Shown piece by piece: positions 1-13,193 of a stretch of 64,000 nt of DNA. How positions within the stretch are numbered: the first letter of the stretch is position 1; each line of letters begins with the position of its first letter. The notes beneath the pieces were generated by a model, which searched no databases, was not told the DNA's origin, and was given only the letters and a program-made list of their open reading frames with translations. Source of the DNA: Azolla caroliniana (Eukaryota > Plantae > Polypodiophyta); NCBI GenBank assembly GCA_043228905.1, contig JBHGNT010000002.1:5828001-5892000 (forward strand), given 5' to 3'. The position numbers and the translations under genes are program-made.

Positions 1-415
1 GCTACTAGGACAGTTAATTAGCCACCATGATAGCTAATTAGCTACTAGACCAGCTAATTAGCTACCATGATAGCTAATTAGCTACTAGGACAACTAATTA
101 GCTACCATGTTGCGTCAAGTGTTCAAAAACACTGTTTTTGAACAACTAGTAGGATAGCTAATTAGCTAGTAGCTAACTAGCTGCCAGTAGCTAATTAGCT
201 GCTAGTAGGATAACTAATTAGCTAGTAGCTAACTAGCTTCCACTTAGCTAATTAACTACTGTATTAAACTATGGCAGTAGCTAATTAGCTACTAGGATAG
301 CTATTAGCTGCTTTAATCAACTATGGTAGTAGCTAATTAGCTACAACGATAGTAGCAAAATAGTTTCCATACTTTTTACAGCTTAGCTAATTAGAAAAGA
401 CTAAGCTTATTAGCT
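1..415. repeat. Array of palindromic TAGCTAATTAGCTA subterminal repeats
   Basis: The motif recurs many times in 1-415 and again at 2980-3020. Confidence 0.85.
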
Positions 416-969
416 ACAGTATGGTATACCTGTAGAGTTGTACTGCAATCTCCCAAACAGAATGTAGCAATTCGACAGGCATATTGAAAACAAAGCAGAT
501 GGTATGTGTGGTTGCATGGTTGTAGGTGAACCAACAAAGACACAGTCGCAAGCGATGCAACGTGCTTGAACTATCAATAAATCATTTTCTGGTTCTCCTT
601 CATTTGGTAAGGGAGCAAGAATGTTCAGGTCTAAATCCTGTCTAATCCTTACCATTCCCCCCACAAAATGTAGCTGCTTCTTAAGGCAGCTAACTACCTG
701 TTCTTGATGAATGTATTGTTCCTTCAATGCAATAGAGAAATTTACCGATTAATTATTCTTGTCTGAGAAAGATACACCAACTTTGCTCAAGAATCATTAC
801 ATTACTTGAAGCTTTTCCGAATTGTAATCTGCAATAGTATTTACACCTAGAAGGTCCAGGTTCATTGAAAGAACCTGGATCTCTGTTTGCAGTTGTATTT
901 TACACTGGGGATCAAGTGACCCCTCTAATTCAAGCTCCTGTTGCGCAACTTATTCCAAATAATGCTTGA

Positions 970-1554
970 TTAGCACATTTTACCCTTAAAGTTATTTATA
1001 ACACAATCACATACCAACAAAACAATAGTTACATGAATCTTATTTCTAATCGTTGTAACAACTAAAGTAACTTTGCTCTCCATTGCAGAAGCCATTGTGG
1101 CTTTCTCTAAATCAGTCTTAAAAAATGCCAATGTCTCACAGGCTTCATGGACATTTTTTAGCATATAGCTAACCAATGTCTCACATGTATCATCGACATT
1201 GGCTTTCCTTAGGTGTTGGTGTGGTGTATGCCCCCGGTTTTGCTGGGAGTCGGCAGTTGCATCAACAGCTGCCATGCTCCAAAATCTGTCTATTTTTTGT
1301 GCCAAGGTCCCCATCTTTCGGCATCTTTCTACCGATGCCTCACCATAGACTGCCCAAGCTACCCTATTCATTTTAGGGTCTCTGGATTCCTTCGTTGTTT
1401 TACAGTACTCATATGCAAATGCTCTAGCAAATGAAATTGACAACTCATTGTTGACTAGGATCTCCTGATGAGCTTTTTGGTGCGGCCTCATGCAGTCAAC
1501 GTACAAGTCGGCTCGTACATGCTTCAGCTTGACCTTGCCTTTGACTCTAGGCAT
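970..1554 (-). pseudogene. CACTA-borne ORF of unknown function (possible TnpA-like exon)
   Basis: 194-aa ORF inside the CACTA element. Candidate upstream exon at 2696-2891 has AG/GT boundaries on the minus strand. No recognisable domain. Confidence 0.4.
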
Positions 1555-1719
1555 TGTATATACTATTATCTAGTCTACATCACTGATCAATTTATCACTT
1601 AGGACAGTAGGGTCAACACCCTCGAGTGACAGACCATAGGTGTTGTGGAAGTCCTCCTTTGTCTCGCAAAATTTTGCGAAGTTTAGCACTCTCGGATACG
1701 GAGGAACGAGCCATTTGAA

Positions 1720-2497
1720 ATATCAAATCAGAAATCAGAAATAGTGCAAAATCAGAATATGTCAGAATCAAAAACCCCAATCAACAACAGAAATAGTGCA
1801 AAATCATTAACTTAGCAAATCAGAAACCCCTTTCAGAAATTGCAATCAGATATTTGTAAACAAAAACCCTAATCATAAATTGTATTTAGAAATTTGAAAT
1901 CAGAAACCCTAATCAAAATCTGTAATCAGAAGTTTGTAACCAGAAACCCTATTTAGAAATTCTAATTAGAAATTTATAATAAAAAACCCTAATTAGAAAT
2001 TTTAATCAGAAACCATAATCAGACAATTGTAACCAGAAACATAATTTGTATTCAGAAATTTGAAATCAGAAACCCTAATCAAAATCTGTAATCAGAAGTT
2101 TAAAATCAGAAACCCTAATCAAAATCTGTAATCAGAAGTTTGTAACCAAAAACCCTATTCAGAAATTCTAATCAGAAATTTATAATAAAAAACCCTAATT
2201 AGAAATTTCAATCAGAAACCCTAATCAGAAATTTCAATCACAAACCCTAATAAGAAATTCTAATCAGAATTTTATAAACACAAACCCTATTAAGAAATTC
2301 TAATCTTTAATCAAAATGTGTATCCAAAAACCCTATTCAGAAATTCTAAGCAGAAATTTATAATAAAAAACCCTAATCAAAAATTTCAATCAGAAACCCT
2401 AATCAGAAATTTCAATCACAAACCCTAATAAAAAATTCTAATCAGAAATTTATAAACAAAAACCCTAATCAGAAATTTCAATCAGAAACCCCAATCA
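1720..2497. repeat. ~26-bp tandem repeat (CAGAAACCCTAATCAGAAATTTCAAT-like) containing telo-box AAACCCTAA
   Basis: Directly visible degenerate tandem array. Confidence 0.85.
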
Positions 2498-3674
2498 TCA
2501 CTAAAGACAGGATTAAACACAAAAAAAGTAATATAAAGACACCTGCTGTTGCTCCCCGATCAGCGAGACATCCTTGTATGGAACTCCAAGGACTTCGCCC
2601 TATTCGATTTTGGGGAAATATGAATCGGCACCAAAGTTCAGATAGTAATCAAAAAGAAAAAACAAATGTTTGGGGTTTTTGTAACTGAAACATACCTGGA
2701 CGATGATCGAGCGGGTTCTATGTTGAAGCTTTGAATCTGCAATGTCGATTTTCTGCTGCTGCAGGAGCTACGTCTGCGTTTGTGCTCTGAGTACTCCATC
2801 TGTGTTCAAAATCAAACTTAGGCTAAACAGGAAATTGATGACATTGAAGTCAACCTTAGATGATGATGCTATTCCCCAAGTTCCACTACATCTGAAACAG
2901 AAGTTCAAATATTTGAGTTTTTTCATAAATTCATTTTTCAAATATTTGATTTTCCCACAAAAAAGACTAGCTAAACAAATAGCTAATTAGCTATGGCCAT
3001 TTTAGTAGCTAATTAGCTATAATAGTGTTTCCACTCGAATGCTTTTACCCTAAAAGCTCCTCTTTAGCCAACAAAGGAGGTTACCTTACTCCCTCATCGC
3101 CATAAATCTTGCTGGTTGAGACATGTAAATGTCTTCATCGAGATCTCCATGGAGGAAAGTTGTCTTCACATCTAGTTGTTGTCGCCATGACTCTGGGTAC
3201 GAGCCGAAGGATGGTCATCTTGACTACCCGCGCGAAGATCTCGTCATAATTGACCTCGTGTTCTTGCTTGAACCCTTTGGCGATGAGCCAAGCTTTGTAC
3301 TTGGTTCGTTTAGAACCAAATACATACTTGTATTGGTAGACCCACTTACAAGATAGCGGCTTCCATTTGGCTGGTAGTTCGACCAACTCCCATGTGTTAT
3401 TTTCCTTGATCGAGTCCAACTCAGATTGCATGTCTTGTAGCCATGTGTCAGCGTCTGGACTGACAATAGCTTCCTCATAGGAGGTTGGTTCGTTTGCATC
3501 CGTGTAATTGACATAGTCGAGCCCAAGTTGGTAGAACTCGGTCAGCCATCTATCATCCACTTCTCCTTGGTGCCGATATGGCATTACTTGAACCATCTTC
3601 AGGAGTCTGTGTAAATGATCTACTTCGGCAATCATCATGTGTTGATATCAGATCACCCCCTTCTCCATTGGGAT

Positions 3675-6600
3675 TGTAAATAAAATGAGGACCAAGAGTG
3701 GTTGAGATGCAGTTGAAGGACTCTATGTGTGTGTGTGTGTGTATGCACGTAAGGCAAAACATAGAGAGAGAGTGAGAGAGCTTAAGACAAAAATAAAAGA
3801 CTGTATATTACGTTAATCAAAATACTTCCAACTGTAACTAAGTTACAAGGGGTTGGTTTAAATACCAACTAAACTACAGCAAGTACCCTTTCTACTATTT
3901 ACAAAACTAGCCTTTTATGACCATGACCTAGTGTGAAACCTGTTACTATGGGAAGTTGAGTTGGACTTTCAACACACCCCTTCGAACACAACTTCCATCT
4001 GTCGAAAAGTTGTTTCGGTTCTATCTTAGGAACCCGGCTTCCAGCGTTCGTAATCCTCGAACTGGATTGTTCGGCTTTTCGGCTTCATGCTCGTGTTGTG
4101 TACTCACATATCATTGCATGTTGCGTACTTGATCAATTGCGTATAGTGCGTGTGTCGCTCGCAGTACTCCCCCTCAAGCTCAACAATGTGGATGTTGTGA
4201 GACCAAGATCTGATGTGAATTGCCCGAGCTTGTCGACTTCTAAGGCCTTCATAAAAATATAAGCAATTTGGAGGTGCATACTGATATGTTGCAGATCAAT
4301 ATCTCCGGCCTGTACATGCTCGCGGATGAAGTGGTAGTGCACTTTGATGTGTTTAGTTCGCGCGTGGAAAACGGGGTTCAGAGCAAGGTAGATGTTGCTC
4401 ATGTTGTCGTAGAAGAGGCGAATGGGATCCGTAATGGGAATGCCCAGATCCTTCAGTATGCGCTTGAGATTAGCATCCATCTTGAGATTACGATTGAGAG
4501 GGGTGGACACAGGTTTGCATTCGGCCATTCCGAACTTGTAGAGAAAGTTGAGAATGTAGTGCCGTTGAGAGATCATTATTCCGACTGGTGTCCAAATTAC
4601 TTCAATGCCTAGGAAGTAATGGAGCTCGTGCAAGTCTTTCATTTCGAATCTGCCGGACAGAAGTGATTTGACTTTGTTAATCTCGGCGAGATCCTTTCCT
4701 CCGATGACCAAATCATCCACGTAAAGGATGATGAAAATCGGGCTATCCAACTCGTGTCGAATGTACAAGGAAGTATCAGATTTTGACATTCGAAATCCGA
4801 TCTGATGAAGATATTGCGTGATCTTCGAGTGCCACGCACAGGGTGCTTGTTTGAGGCCGAATAGTGGCTTCTTGAGGTGGCATACATCGTTCGGATGATT
4901 TCACGATTCAAAACTGGGTGGTTGGATCATGTACACCTCTTCCAATTTGCCTTGATGAAAGGCGTTCTTGACATCCATCTGGTGGAGGTGCCACCCTTTT
5001 GCTGCCCCGATTGCAATTACGGTCCGCACAGTTGTCATCTTTCCAACCGGGGCAAAGGTCTCTTCGTAGTCTAAGTCGTGCATTCGCGCGTATCCTTTTG
5101 CAACGAGCCGTGCTTAAAGCGATTTACGGAGCCGTCGGCATTGTGTTACATTTTGTAAATCCATCAATAGCGAATCGCTTTCTTGTACGACGTGTGAGGG
5201 ACGAGATCCCATGTCTTGTTTTTGCATAACACTTCCATTTCCTCATTAATCGCATCGACCCATTGCGGATCCTTTACAATTTCGGAAAGCGTCTCCAACT
5301 CTTGTACTAACACTACTTTCATCATGAAGGCGTAATGGTATGCCATATAATCGTTGTAGTCGAAATGGCTTACGGGTTTCTTTTCATGGGTCGATCGACG
5401 GAGTTTCTCATTTGCGGATACTAGGGCTTTCTTTGATACATCTGTCCGGATAATTCGGATGTCCAAGTCTTCAAAGTCACTGTCAAGGGAGAGAGTCGAC
5501 GCGTTGTTGATTGGATCTTCGTATTCGGACATCTTGGCCTTCCCTTTGTCGAGTTTCCCAGGGGCTCCCGTGGTCCACTAAGCCTTGTCGTAATCGAGCT
5601 TCCTTCGAACATGCATGTGAGCCGATCTTCGTCTTCTATCTCCATTTCGGTGGATTCTGGGTTGAGTGGAGTCAGAGTCAAAGTTGTTTTTGGTGCGTAC
5701 TAGGATGCGGACTCGTCGAAGACTATGTCTCGACTTGTTCGAGCTTTTCAGGTAGATGGGTTGTAGCATTTCTACCCCTTCTGTTCGAGTGAGTATCCTA
5801 TGAGGATACATTTCTCTGACTTCGGGTCAAGCTTTTGTTGCGTATCATCGAGAATATGTACGTAAGCGATTGCACCGAAAATGCAGACATGCGATGAGTC
5901 TGGCTTCTTTCCAAAGAACTTGTCATGAGGAGTTACGTCGTGTACTCCCGAGGTTGTGCACCTATTCATGAGGTATACAGCCGTGTTCGCCGCTTCTGCC
6001 CAATATGATTTTGGTAGGTTCTTCTCATTCATAATAGCTCGTGCGACTTCTACTATGTGCCGGTTTTTACGATCAGCTACGCCATTCTGCTGAGGTGTGT
6101 GATGGCAAGAGAATTCTTGTCGGATTCCTTCCTTTCGAAGATATGCCGTAAACTCATCCAAAAAGTATTCTTTGCCTCCATCCGATCGAAAGCAGCGTAT
6201 GTGCCGAACCATAGCTTTTTCGACTTCGGCTTTGAATCTCTGAAGTATTCGAACACTTCACTCTTTTGTTTCATCAGGGAGATCTAGGTGTTCCTAGAAA
6301 ATTTGTCGATGAACGTAGAGTAATATCGGCATCCACCAAGTGTGCTTGTCTGGGCCAATCCCCACACATCTGAATGTACGACATCCAGGATCCCTTTGCT
6401 GACATTCTGCTCTTTCGGGAATGGATGTCGGCATTGCTTTCCGAACTGGCATGCTTTGCATACACCCGTAATCTCCTTCGCGGTAAAGTTTGGGAGTCCG
6501 ATTACGACTCCTTTCGATTGCATGTTCTGAAGTTTTTGGAGATTGATGTGGTTGATTCTTTTGTGCAACAAATTTAAGTCTGTTTCGACTTTGAGGCCCT

Positions 6601-8406
6601 TTACCTCGTTCGATTTGAGGATAAACATACAACCTTCTCGTCGACTGTGAGCTACGACTTGACCGCCCCTTTCGATGAAACACCCGTCGTTGTTGAATCG
6701 TACTTGCATTCCTTGTTCGACAATTTGGCCGACTGAGACCAGGTTTTTTGTGATGGTGGGGACATGGAGTACATTCTTGAGGTAGGTTTGTTTTTCGTCG
6801 TTTTCGAATGGGACGTTCCTGATATGCTGTATTGGATGAGTCGTGTGATCTCCTATTTCGACATATCCGGGACGTTCGGGCTTCCGTAGTTCCCGAAACC
6901 AATCTTCATGAGATGTCATGTGATTGGATGCTCCCAAATCGACAAACTATACGTTATTTAAGTTGGGGGCACTAGTTGAATCCTGTGCTGACATCGAGTG
7001 TGCTTCGTGTCTCATTACGAACATTCCGCCACGGTCGCCGTAGTCGGAATTCGTGGCGTAATATGTAAACATTCTGCTATGGTCGTCATAGTCAGGATAC
7101 AATGCGTAGTTCATGAGTTGTTGACTAGTTGAGGCCGAGTCTCATACATTTTTCCGGCACTCCTCTTCATAGTGATCTTGTTTTCACAGTATCCACATTC
7201 GATCAGGTTGTTACGATTGCTCGGTTCGGAGTGATGACTCCCCCTTCTACTGAACTCTCTAGGACCGTTCCTGTCCACTTTCCATTGGTGGGGGTTACGC
7301 TCTTGAGTCTGCCGACCATTACGGCCTTATTCGAATCCACCTCTATTTCCACAGCCGAAATTTCTTCTATCATCCGACTGGGAGTAGAGCATATGACCCG
7401 CTAGTTTGTTCCTCCTTTGTCGGGCGTGATTTTCCTCAACCAACAGTATTGATTGGAGATCGAAAAATGAAGAAGAGTTCTCCCTTGCAAGGATGGCCGA
7501 TCTAATCCAGCCAAATCAGGGTGCTAAGGTGCTGAGGCATATTTGCACCATCTTGTCATCGTCGATTACGACATTAATCGAACTGAGGGCATCACACTGC
7601 TCCTTGATCTTTAAGGTATAGCATGTGATCGATATGTCCCTCTGTTGCATGTCGTTTAGCTCCTGTCGCAGTTGGAGCTTTTGTGCAGCCGTGTTGGCCG
7701 CAAGAATCTTCCTTCGGTGTTTTCAAATCTCGAATATAGCCAAGCATATGATCATGAATGCATGATGCAAGGAAATACAACACACGGCTTGCGGCTTGCT
7801 CCCAAGTGGGATAGTCGGTGTGTGTTGGGTTGGGTTGAGTTTCGTGAGCTCCTTCAATGTAGCTCCAGTAACCTTGTTCGATAGGGTACTGATGCATCTT
7901 ATATTCCCAAGATGCGAAGTTCGTTCTATCAAGCTTCTCGATAGGAAGAGCACTTTCCATTTGAGTGTTCATTATGTCGATTTCTTCTCTGTTGATGAGC
8001 TGGTTCTATTGATCGTCGGCGTGTACCACAACATAGTTGAATAGATTCGATTACGCAACCACACACTCTGATACCATGTAAATAAAATGAGGAGCAAGAG
8101 TGGTTGAGATGTAGCTGAAGGACTGTGTGTGTGTGTGTGTGTGTGTGTGTGCACATAAGGCAAAACAAAGAGAGAGAGAGTGAGAGAGTGAGTGAGAGAG
8201 AGAGTGAGAGAGCTTAAGACAAAAATAAAAGACTGTATATTACGTTAGCCAAAATACTTCATACAGTAACTAAGTTAGAAGGGGTTGGTTTATATACCAA
8301 CTAAACTAGGGCAAGTGCCCTTTCTACTATTTACAAAACTAGCCTGGTATGACCATGAGCTAGTGTGAAACCTATTACTATGGGAAGTTGAGTTTGACTC
8401 TCAATA
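3675..8406 (-). mobile_element. Ty1/copia LTR retrotransposon A with both LTRs (3675-3974 and 8077-8406), TSD GGGAT
   Basis: Matching LTRs with TG/GA microsatellites; GGGAT at 3670-3674 and 8407-8411; PBS TGGTATCAGAG at 8066-8076; PPT next to 3975; frameshifted gag-PR-IN-RT-RH. Confidence 0.95.
4133..7972 (-). pseudogene. Copia A gag-pol polyprotein, fragmented
   Basis: Fragments: gag (KLDRTNFASWEYKM), PR/GAG-pre-integrase (GASNHMT), IN (RSDGGKEY, QQNGVADRKNR), RT (LYVDDL), RH (HARTKHI). Confidence 0.92.
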
Positions 8407-10760
8407 GGGATAAATTGACAAAAAGGGTTGGTGTAGTGGCTTGTTCGGCTCAAGCTTTTAGCACCTTGGCCGATTTGGGCGAGTTGGTCAATTTCACTCT
8501 GTCTTTTTCAGCTTTTTCCATCTCGAACAGTTCCGCTCTTGCCAATTTGGCTCTCATCAGTATTCTAGTCGATCCATATTCGGAATCAACTGGTGGAACT
8601 TTTGCCAATTTGGATTCGGTAGGGGGGCCACTAGTTTGTTAGACTTCCACAATTTGTCAGTCGTAGATTGGCTCGTCTTCATCCAATTGGGTGAGATTGA
8701 ATCAGACTCTTTTGTGGACCTTCTTCGGCAGGGTCCAGTCAGAGAGTATGGAGTCTTGATTGAAGACTACGTCATTACTTCAAATAAGCTTTGGAATTTA
8801 TGAATCCCATATCCGATAGCCGAATTCCGCATCGGATCCATAACCGAGAAATATGCACTTTAGTGCATTCAGTGCCAGCTTGGTCCTCTTGTCCCTAGGG
8901 ATGAAGGCATAGGCTTCACATCCAAATGTATGGAGGCTATTGATTGTCAATTGTTTGACAGACCATAGTGCATGTGACACTTTGAGCTAGATTTCTCTAG
9001 ACACTGAAAGATTGATCAAATAAATTGTCGGGTGTAGTGCCTCGGCCTAAAAGTCCAGCTTTAGTCCGGTCTACTAGAGGATTGTCGTCGCTCTCTCTTG
9101 GATCGCCCGGTTCATCTGTTCTGCCATGCTATTTTGCATGGGGGTATATGGAACAGTCTTTTAGTGCCGAATCCCTTTGTTGGTTGGGTACTTTTTGAAG
9201 GCTTGGGAGGTGTATTCACCTCCATTGTGGAATCGGATTGTCTTCACTTGGTGTCCGAATAGGTTCTCCACTTGCACTAGTCACTGAGAGAAGACCTGGA
9301 GTACTGTATCTTTGGACATCACTGAATAAGCCCAAACCTTCCATGTACAATCATCAACAAAGGTGGTGAAGTGTTGAGAGCCTCCTATTGATCTTTTGGG
9401 CATCAACCCACAGATATCGGTGTGGACAAGTTCTAGGGGTTGTCGTTTCGTCTCATAATTGAGAGAGTGTGGACTTTGGGTCTATCTCCGAACGAAAATG
9501 CTTGCAGAAGTCCGTCTTTTTCTGGAGTTTTAGGATGTAGCCAATTGCCATCAATCAGTCTAGTCCATCGTGGGACATTTGGTTGAGTTGGCCATGCCAT
9601 AAGTTCGAATCCAACGATTCGGCTACATTCACCTTGCCCTCTGAATTGATCAAAATTAGCAAATATAGGTTGTTGTACTTGCATCCACACCCGATTTTCA
9701 TGTTGCATTGGCTGATCATCCATGACAACTCACTAAGAGTCATCCTTTACCCAACTTTTGCTAACATGTCAATTGAGACCAGACTCCTTCGTAGCTCGGG
9801 TATGTGCTAGACTCGGTGCACGGTGATTGAATTGTGATTTGGCAAATGAATGTGGAACTTGCCAACCCAGTGATAACACACTCCTACCCATTGCCGAGTT
9901 GGATTGTGCCACCGGTTTCGACCGAATAGTTTGAAAACCTTTCAATGTCGGGGGTCATGTGAAATGTCGCATTGGAGTCATTAGCTAGGTTCGTGCTTCT
10001 TGTGCATGGTATACGACCTCACGAACCGAAGAGTTTTCCAACGAGAGGACTTCTCTTGACCAGGATTCAACAACATTGATTTGATTGCCAATTTGGGAAT
10101 GGTTTAAGTCAGTCGATCCTGAATTCCACTCGAATTGCCGCCCATTCCCTCGTTTAACAGACCAGTAATCAGCAATGTTGTGGCCAACCTTTTTACAATC
10201 GGATGGTCAACCTAGTTATCTCGTCCATGGATCGCCATTCTTTTGCAGTCATTGACGTCGGCTTATCACTATGACGTATTTTTTCAACTTGTCACCGGAT
10301 GATAATAACATCATGCATCATCTCCTTCCACAAGGAAAAGTTTTTGCCATCGAATTTCCGGATTTCCACTCTTGTGCCGGATGTTGAAGCCATATTTTGT
10401 GAGAAGTGAGAGATTTTGTGACCTTGTCTTTTCCTTAAGCCGATTTCTTTCTTGGGTCTGATGTTGTTGTTGCTATTGGACTCCAATTGCTTTGATACCA
10501 AATGTTGAATAATATGAAGTTATTGCGGAATGTTGAGAACCTATGAGTGAACCAATGAAGACAAGGAATAGTATGAAGAACAAGAGAAGTAGACCATTAC
10601 ACAGAGTTGTTGCTCAAGAGACTATCTTCTTATTTTCACCTGCAGAATTATGTTACAATACTTAGTCTCTCACATATATAGTTAGGGTAACTTAGCCCTC
10701 ATTGTGAGGACATGTTCACACTAGGATAGAAATGGGTGGAGTGGGACTTTTAGCCCAACA

Positions 10761-12771
10761 ATGAATATGCTATACAAATTTGGTAGGACAGATTGTCAAT
10801 CCATCATGACTCCTCTGGACAAGAACGAAAAGCTTCGCCACAATCTACTGTTGGCTTGCGATCCAACAAGATTCTAGTAGATTACCGGAAGCCTCATCTG
10901 TATGACGATCACGTGGCTAGACCTCAATCATCTGGTCCACGTGATAAGTCAATTCTTGTCGATGCCAACGCTCAAGCACCTTCAATGTGTGCATCGAAGA
11001 TTGCGTTATGTCAGTAGCACAAAGAATCGTGGGTTGCTGTGTCGGCCCAACATAACCGAATAGTTAGCTAGCTATACGGACGCCGATTGGAGTGGAAATG
11101 CTAGCAATCACTGATCAACATCTGGCTATGCCTTCTCCTTGAGGAGTGTGGTGATCACTTGGTGCAACAAAAAGTAGCCGACAGTAGCACTATCGAGCAT
11201 TGAGGCCGAATATAAACGAGCGGTTGTCGCTTCATGTGAGACCATATAGCTCAAGTGGCTATTGAAGGATGTGCAAGTGGAGGTTGTCGATCCAATGTCG
11301 ATCTATTGTGACAACTTGAGTAGCATCTAGCCTGCGAAGAACCCAGTCTTCCATGCTCGCCTAAACACATACAAGTAAATTATCACTTTGTGCATGATCA
11401 CGCTCTCAGTTGTAAAGTCGAACTAAGTTATATTCATACCTATTGGCAAGTGGCCGATATCTTCACCAAGCCCCTTGGACTCAACAAGTTACAACACTTC
11501 TTGGAGATGCTTGTTTTGCAACATCTTGATGCGTTGTACTTCAGTGGGAGAGAAGAAGAAGTTGATAAGGGGAGAATAGAAGGAAGCACACTGGCTAGGA
11601 AGAGACTTGCTCACAAGGGAAGCAACAGAGAAGATGGGCCAAAGTTGGAGCCAACCAAAGGCAAGGGGAGAGCTGATGGAGAAGATGAATTGGAAATAAC
11701 TGATTCAGATAAAGGAGATGATTCGGATGAGCCAAATCGTGTAAGCGCCAGACAAAGAAGAGGGCACCAAAGCCGTAGAGGTGGGAAGAAGGCTGATGAA
11801 GACCTAAGGAGTAGACAAGCCGACCAGACGAGTCGAGGAGCGTAGGACTAGACAGGTCGTGGAGCATGGGCCAAGAGGGGAGTTGACAAAAGGAGCTGGA
11901 GTGGAGGACCGGTTGTAGCGAATGGCAACCTCAAGTTGAGCTTGAGGGGGAGTGTTGAGTGACAAGCTCAACATGAGCCGAATCGACTAAAGGCAAAAAC
12001 TCTTAGTCAACTGAAGAAGCTGAAAGCTGGATTGGCTAAAGACGTTGACAAGCTGTGTATGCCAGATCGATTGATAACTCGACATGCTACTAGGGCCTAT
12101 ATTCTTTTTTTTTCCAAAAAAGGATACTACATTAGTATTAGAAAACGCCATAAGGCTAAACATACAAGATATACCACCGATCCCCTATGTTTTTCTAAAT
12201 TCTAACCATCGGCTTAAATAAACACTTCGGTGTTGAGCAAAACCACTCCACCTTATCAAAACGTCGTCTATAAAATATACGTATGTCCCAAATGGCATGA
12301 AACTCCACATGCCTAAGCTCCGCTTGATTCGTATTACCTTTTATACTATCCAAAATCCCTCTGAGATTATGCACAATCTCTATCCAAATTGCCAAAATTA
12401 TTTGGGCAGGTCTTTCAGTCACATTTAGAAATATCTTCAAACATCGAGCCTTCCAAATATACCAAATTGTAATACGATTTACCAATTGTAGGGCCTATAT
12501 TCTTATTTTGGTAATAGGAATATTATAGGCAAGTTAGTGTCAGAGCTCACTTATGAGCATTGAAGTACTAGTCAATACTTGTGTCAGCCACTGTGAGGGG
12601 CTTGTATATAAGTGCTTTGTGAGCACATTGTATGTACTAAGCATCTTTTGTAATAGAATTTTTTGCTGTCAGCTAAGACAATCTCTGTCTCTCTCAATCT
12701 CTATGTGCTTCATTCTTTGTGTATTGTTGTCCGGCTGAACCGGCTATGTCTGGTGTGTACAAGCTTCTACA
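10761..12771 (+). mobile_element. 3' part of Ty1/copia element C (RT/RH remnant, PPT, 3' LTR ~11953-12771)
   Basis: YTDADW and QVADIFTKPL motifs; PPT TTGAGGGGGAG at 11942-11952 followed by TGTTG. Confidence 0.8.
12107..12488 (-). mobile_element. 5'-truncated L1-type LINE fragment inserted in the LTR of C
   Basis: 16-bp TSD TAGGGCCTATATTCTT (12091-12106 and 12489-12504); poly-T at the left end; ORF 12195-12485 WYIWKARC..IF resembles an L1 ORF2 C-terminus. Confidence 0.85.
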
Positions 12772-13093
12772 AACAACTCTTTTGAAAATGTCATAAGTTT
12801 TTGCTAATATAAAAAATTTCTTTTCCACAAAAATGAAATAGTGATTATGTAACCATATACAAAAGCTTTCCTTTTCTTTAATTTTCTATGTTAATGATGA
12901 AACGAACTTATACACATCTATGCTAATATATTAATTCCCTGAAAATGAAAAAGTTGAAAGTTATTAGGAAACATTAACGAAGGCAAAACAGTTATTGCTT
13001 CTTAACAATTATTTCTATGGATGTTGTTATCACTAATCATTTATAAAATATTTCATTGATTTTCAATAATATTTGAAGACTCTAAAGGTAGAC

Positions 13094-13102
13094 TATAAAT
13101 AG
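13094..13102 (+). promoter_or_regulatory. TATA box of the Pro-rich gene
   Basis: CTATAAATA about 100 bp upstream of the ATG at 13194. Confidence 0.6.
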
Positions 13103-13193
13103 GCTAAAGGACTAGCTTATGTGCAACAACAAACAAACGTATTTACACATTCTATATAGTGTAAGTGACATCTAGTGCATATATTATAACATC

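Larger units (their letters stand above)
1..3027 (-). mobile_element. CACTA (En/Spm)-type DNA transposon, probably non-autonomous; other end lies outside the window
   Basis: Right end ...CTATAATAGTG (3023-3027 TAGTG = CACTA on the minus strand) abuts an unrelated copia RT. Palindromic TAGCTAATTAGCTA subterminal repeats occur at 1-415 and 2980-3020. Confidence 0.7.
3028..10760 (-). mobile_element. Decayed Ty1/copia element B (5' LTR ~10503-10760), split by element A and truncated by the CACTA end
   Basis: Met-type PBS TGGTATCAAA at 10491-10500; gag start MASTSGTRVEIRKFDGKNF (to 10292); integrase remnants at 8798-9743; RT N-terminus at 3135-3638 (NTWELVELP, YKAWLIAKGF). Confidence 0.8.

Noticed and set aside
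1-415. CRISPR-like array
   Set aside because: Eukaryotic context, irregular spacing and no unique spacers; better explained as CACTA subterminal repeats.
410-727. 105-aa ORF as an independent gene
   Set aside because: No recognisable domain; at most an exon of the CACTA gene.
1720-2497. Interstitial telomere
   Set aside because: AAACCCT units are not contiguous heptamer repeats.
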